DNA of 64,000 nucleotides. Source: Eledone cirrhosa (taxonomy: Eukaryota). The stretch is from NCBI GenBank assembly GCA_964016885.1, contig OZ024740.1, positions 285,324,001 to 285,388,000 of the forward strand, in the 5' to 3' direction. The notes beneath the pieces were generated by a model. It searched no databases. It was not told the origin of the DNA and worked only from the letters and a program-made list of their open reading frames with translations. Shown here in pieces: positions 63,392-64,000 of the stretch (positions are counted from its first letter, which is position 1; each line of letters starts with the position of its first letter). The position numbers were made by a program, and so were the translations under genes.

Positions 63392-64000
63392 AATAGGGAG
63401 TGAGTGATAGATGAGAATGTAGTGAAGAGAGGGTAAGTAGAAGATAATAACAAAATGGTTGGAGGCAGAGAGTCTTACTAAGTACATAATAGGTGAGATA
63501 TATTCATTTATAGGTATTATTTATCATAACCTCCATTTTCATCATTTTCCCATTTGTTCACATATATAGGTTAGGTGGGTCTAATCAAACACACTATTTA
63601 ACACCCTTGTCATACATGATCCTTTGTCATCTCATTTGTGAGGTTCAGTCTAGTGAAATACATTTTCATGCATGAATGTAATGAATATAAATAACATACT
63701 CAATTTTATTTTGCTTGTTCATTTTCATTCTGATTATTGTATCACCTTGTCATAATTTCTTTCTCTGAAAATTTGACTATCAGTGCTATATTTAATTTTT
63801 TTTCAAAATATTTTCAATAAATTTCTTTTGAAAGTACATTGATTGTTATTTAGCTCTTTATCATGAGTAGTCTCCTTCTCATTTCTTGGTGTTGGAATAA
63901 TTTGGAAAAAACCTTCAAATTCTATCATCATCTTTTATTATGTTTCTTCCAGATAAATTCTAAACAATACAACCTTAACTTTGTCTTAGTTTGCCTATCA

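Overview
AT-rich, repeat-dense eukaryotic DNA. The repeat families (tRNA-headed SINEs, SINEs with an RTE-type (GAT)n tail, RTE LINEs, TA microsatellites) suggest an octopus or other coleoid cephalopod; this is an inference. The only confidently identified host gene is the 3' part of mitochondrial ribosomal protein L3 (MRPL3): five + strand exons at 1231-12451 with consistent splice phases and a polyA signal. Two weaker candidate exons (21189-21240, 44043-44093) hint at a second large-intron gene. The rest is decayed mobile DNA: mariner/Tc1, several RTE families, CR1/L2-like and CRE-like (RLE) retroposons, a complete 484-bp non-autonomous Helitron, a hAT-like MITE, many SINEs and a 49-bp minisatellite. 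The most striking unannotated signal is a set of type I hammerhead-ribozyme-like motifs from several dissimilar sequence families (10444, 18254, 29600, 36584, 38030). Most are paired with an upstream inverted partial copy, as in Penelope-like pseudo-LTRs. Two families share a U.U pair at the base of stem II, and one has a CAGAAGA core. One motif lies sense inside an MRPL3 intron, next to a perfect 56-bp antisense arm. All folds were derived by eye and none is tested.
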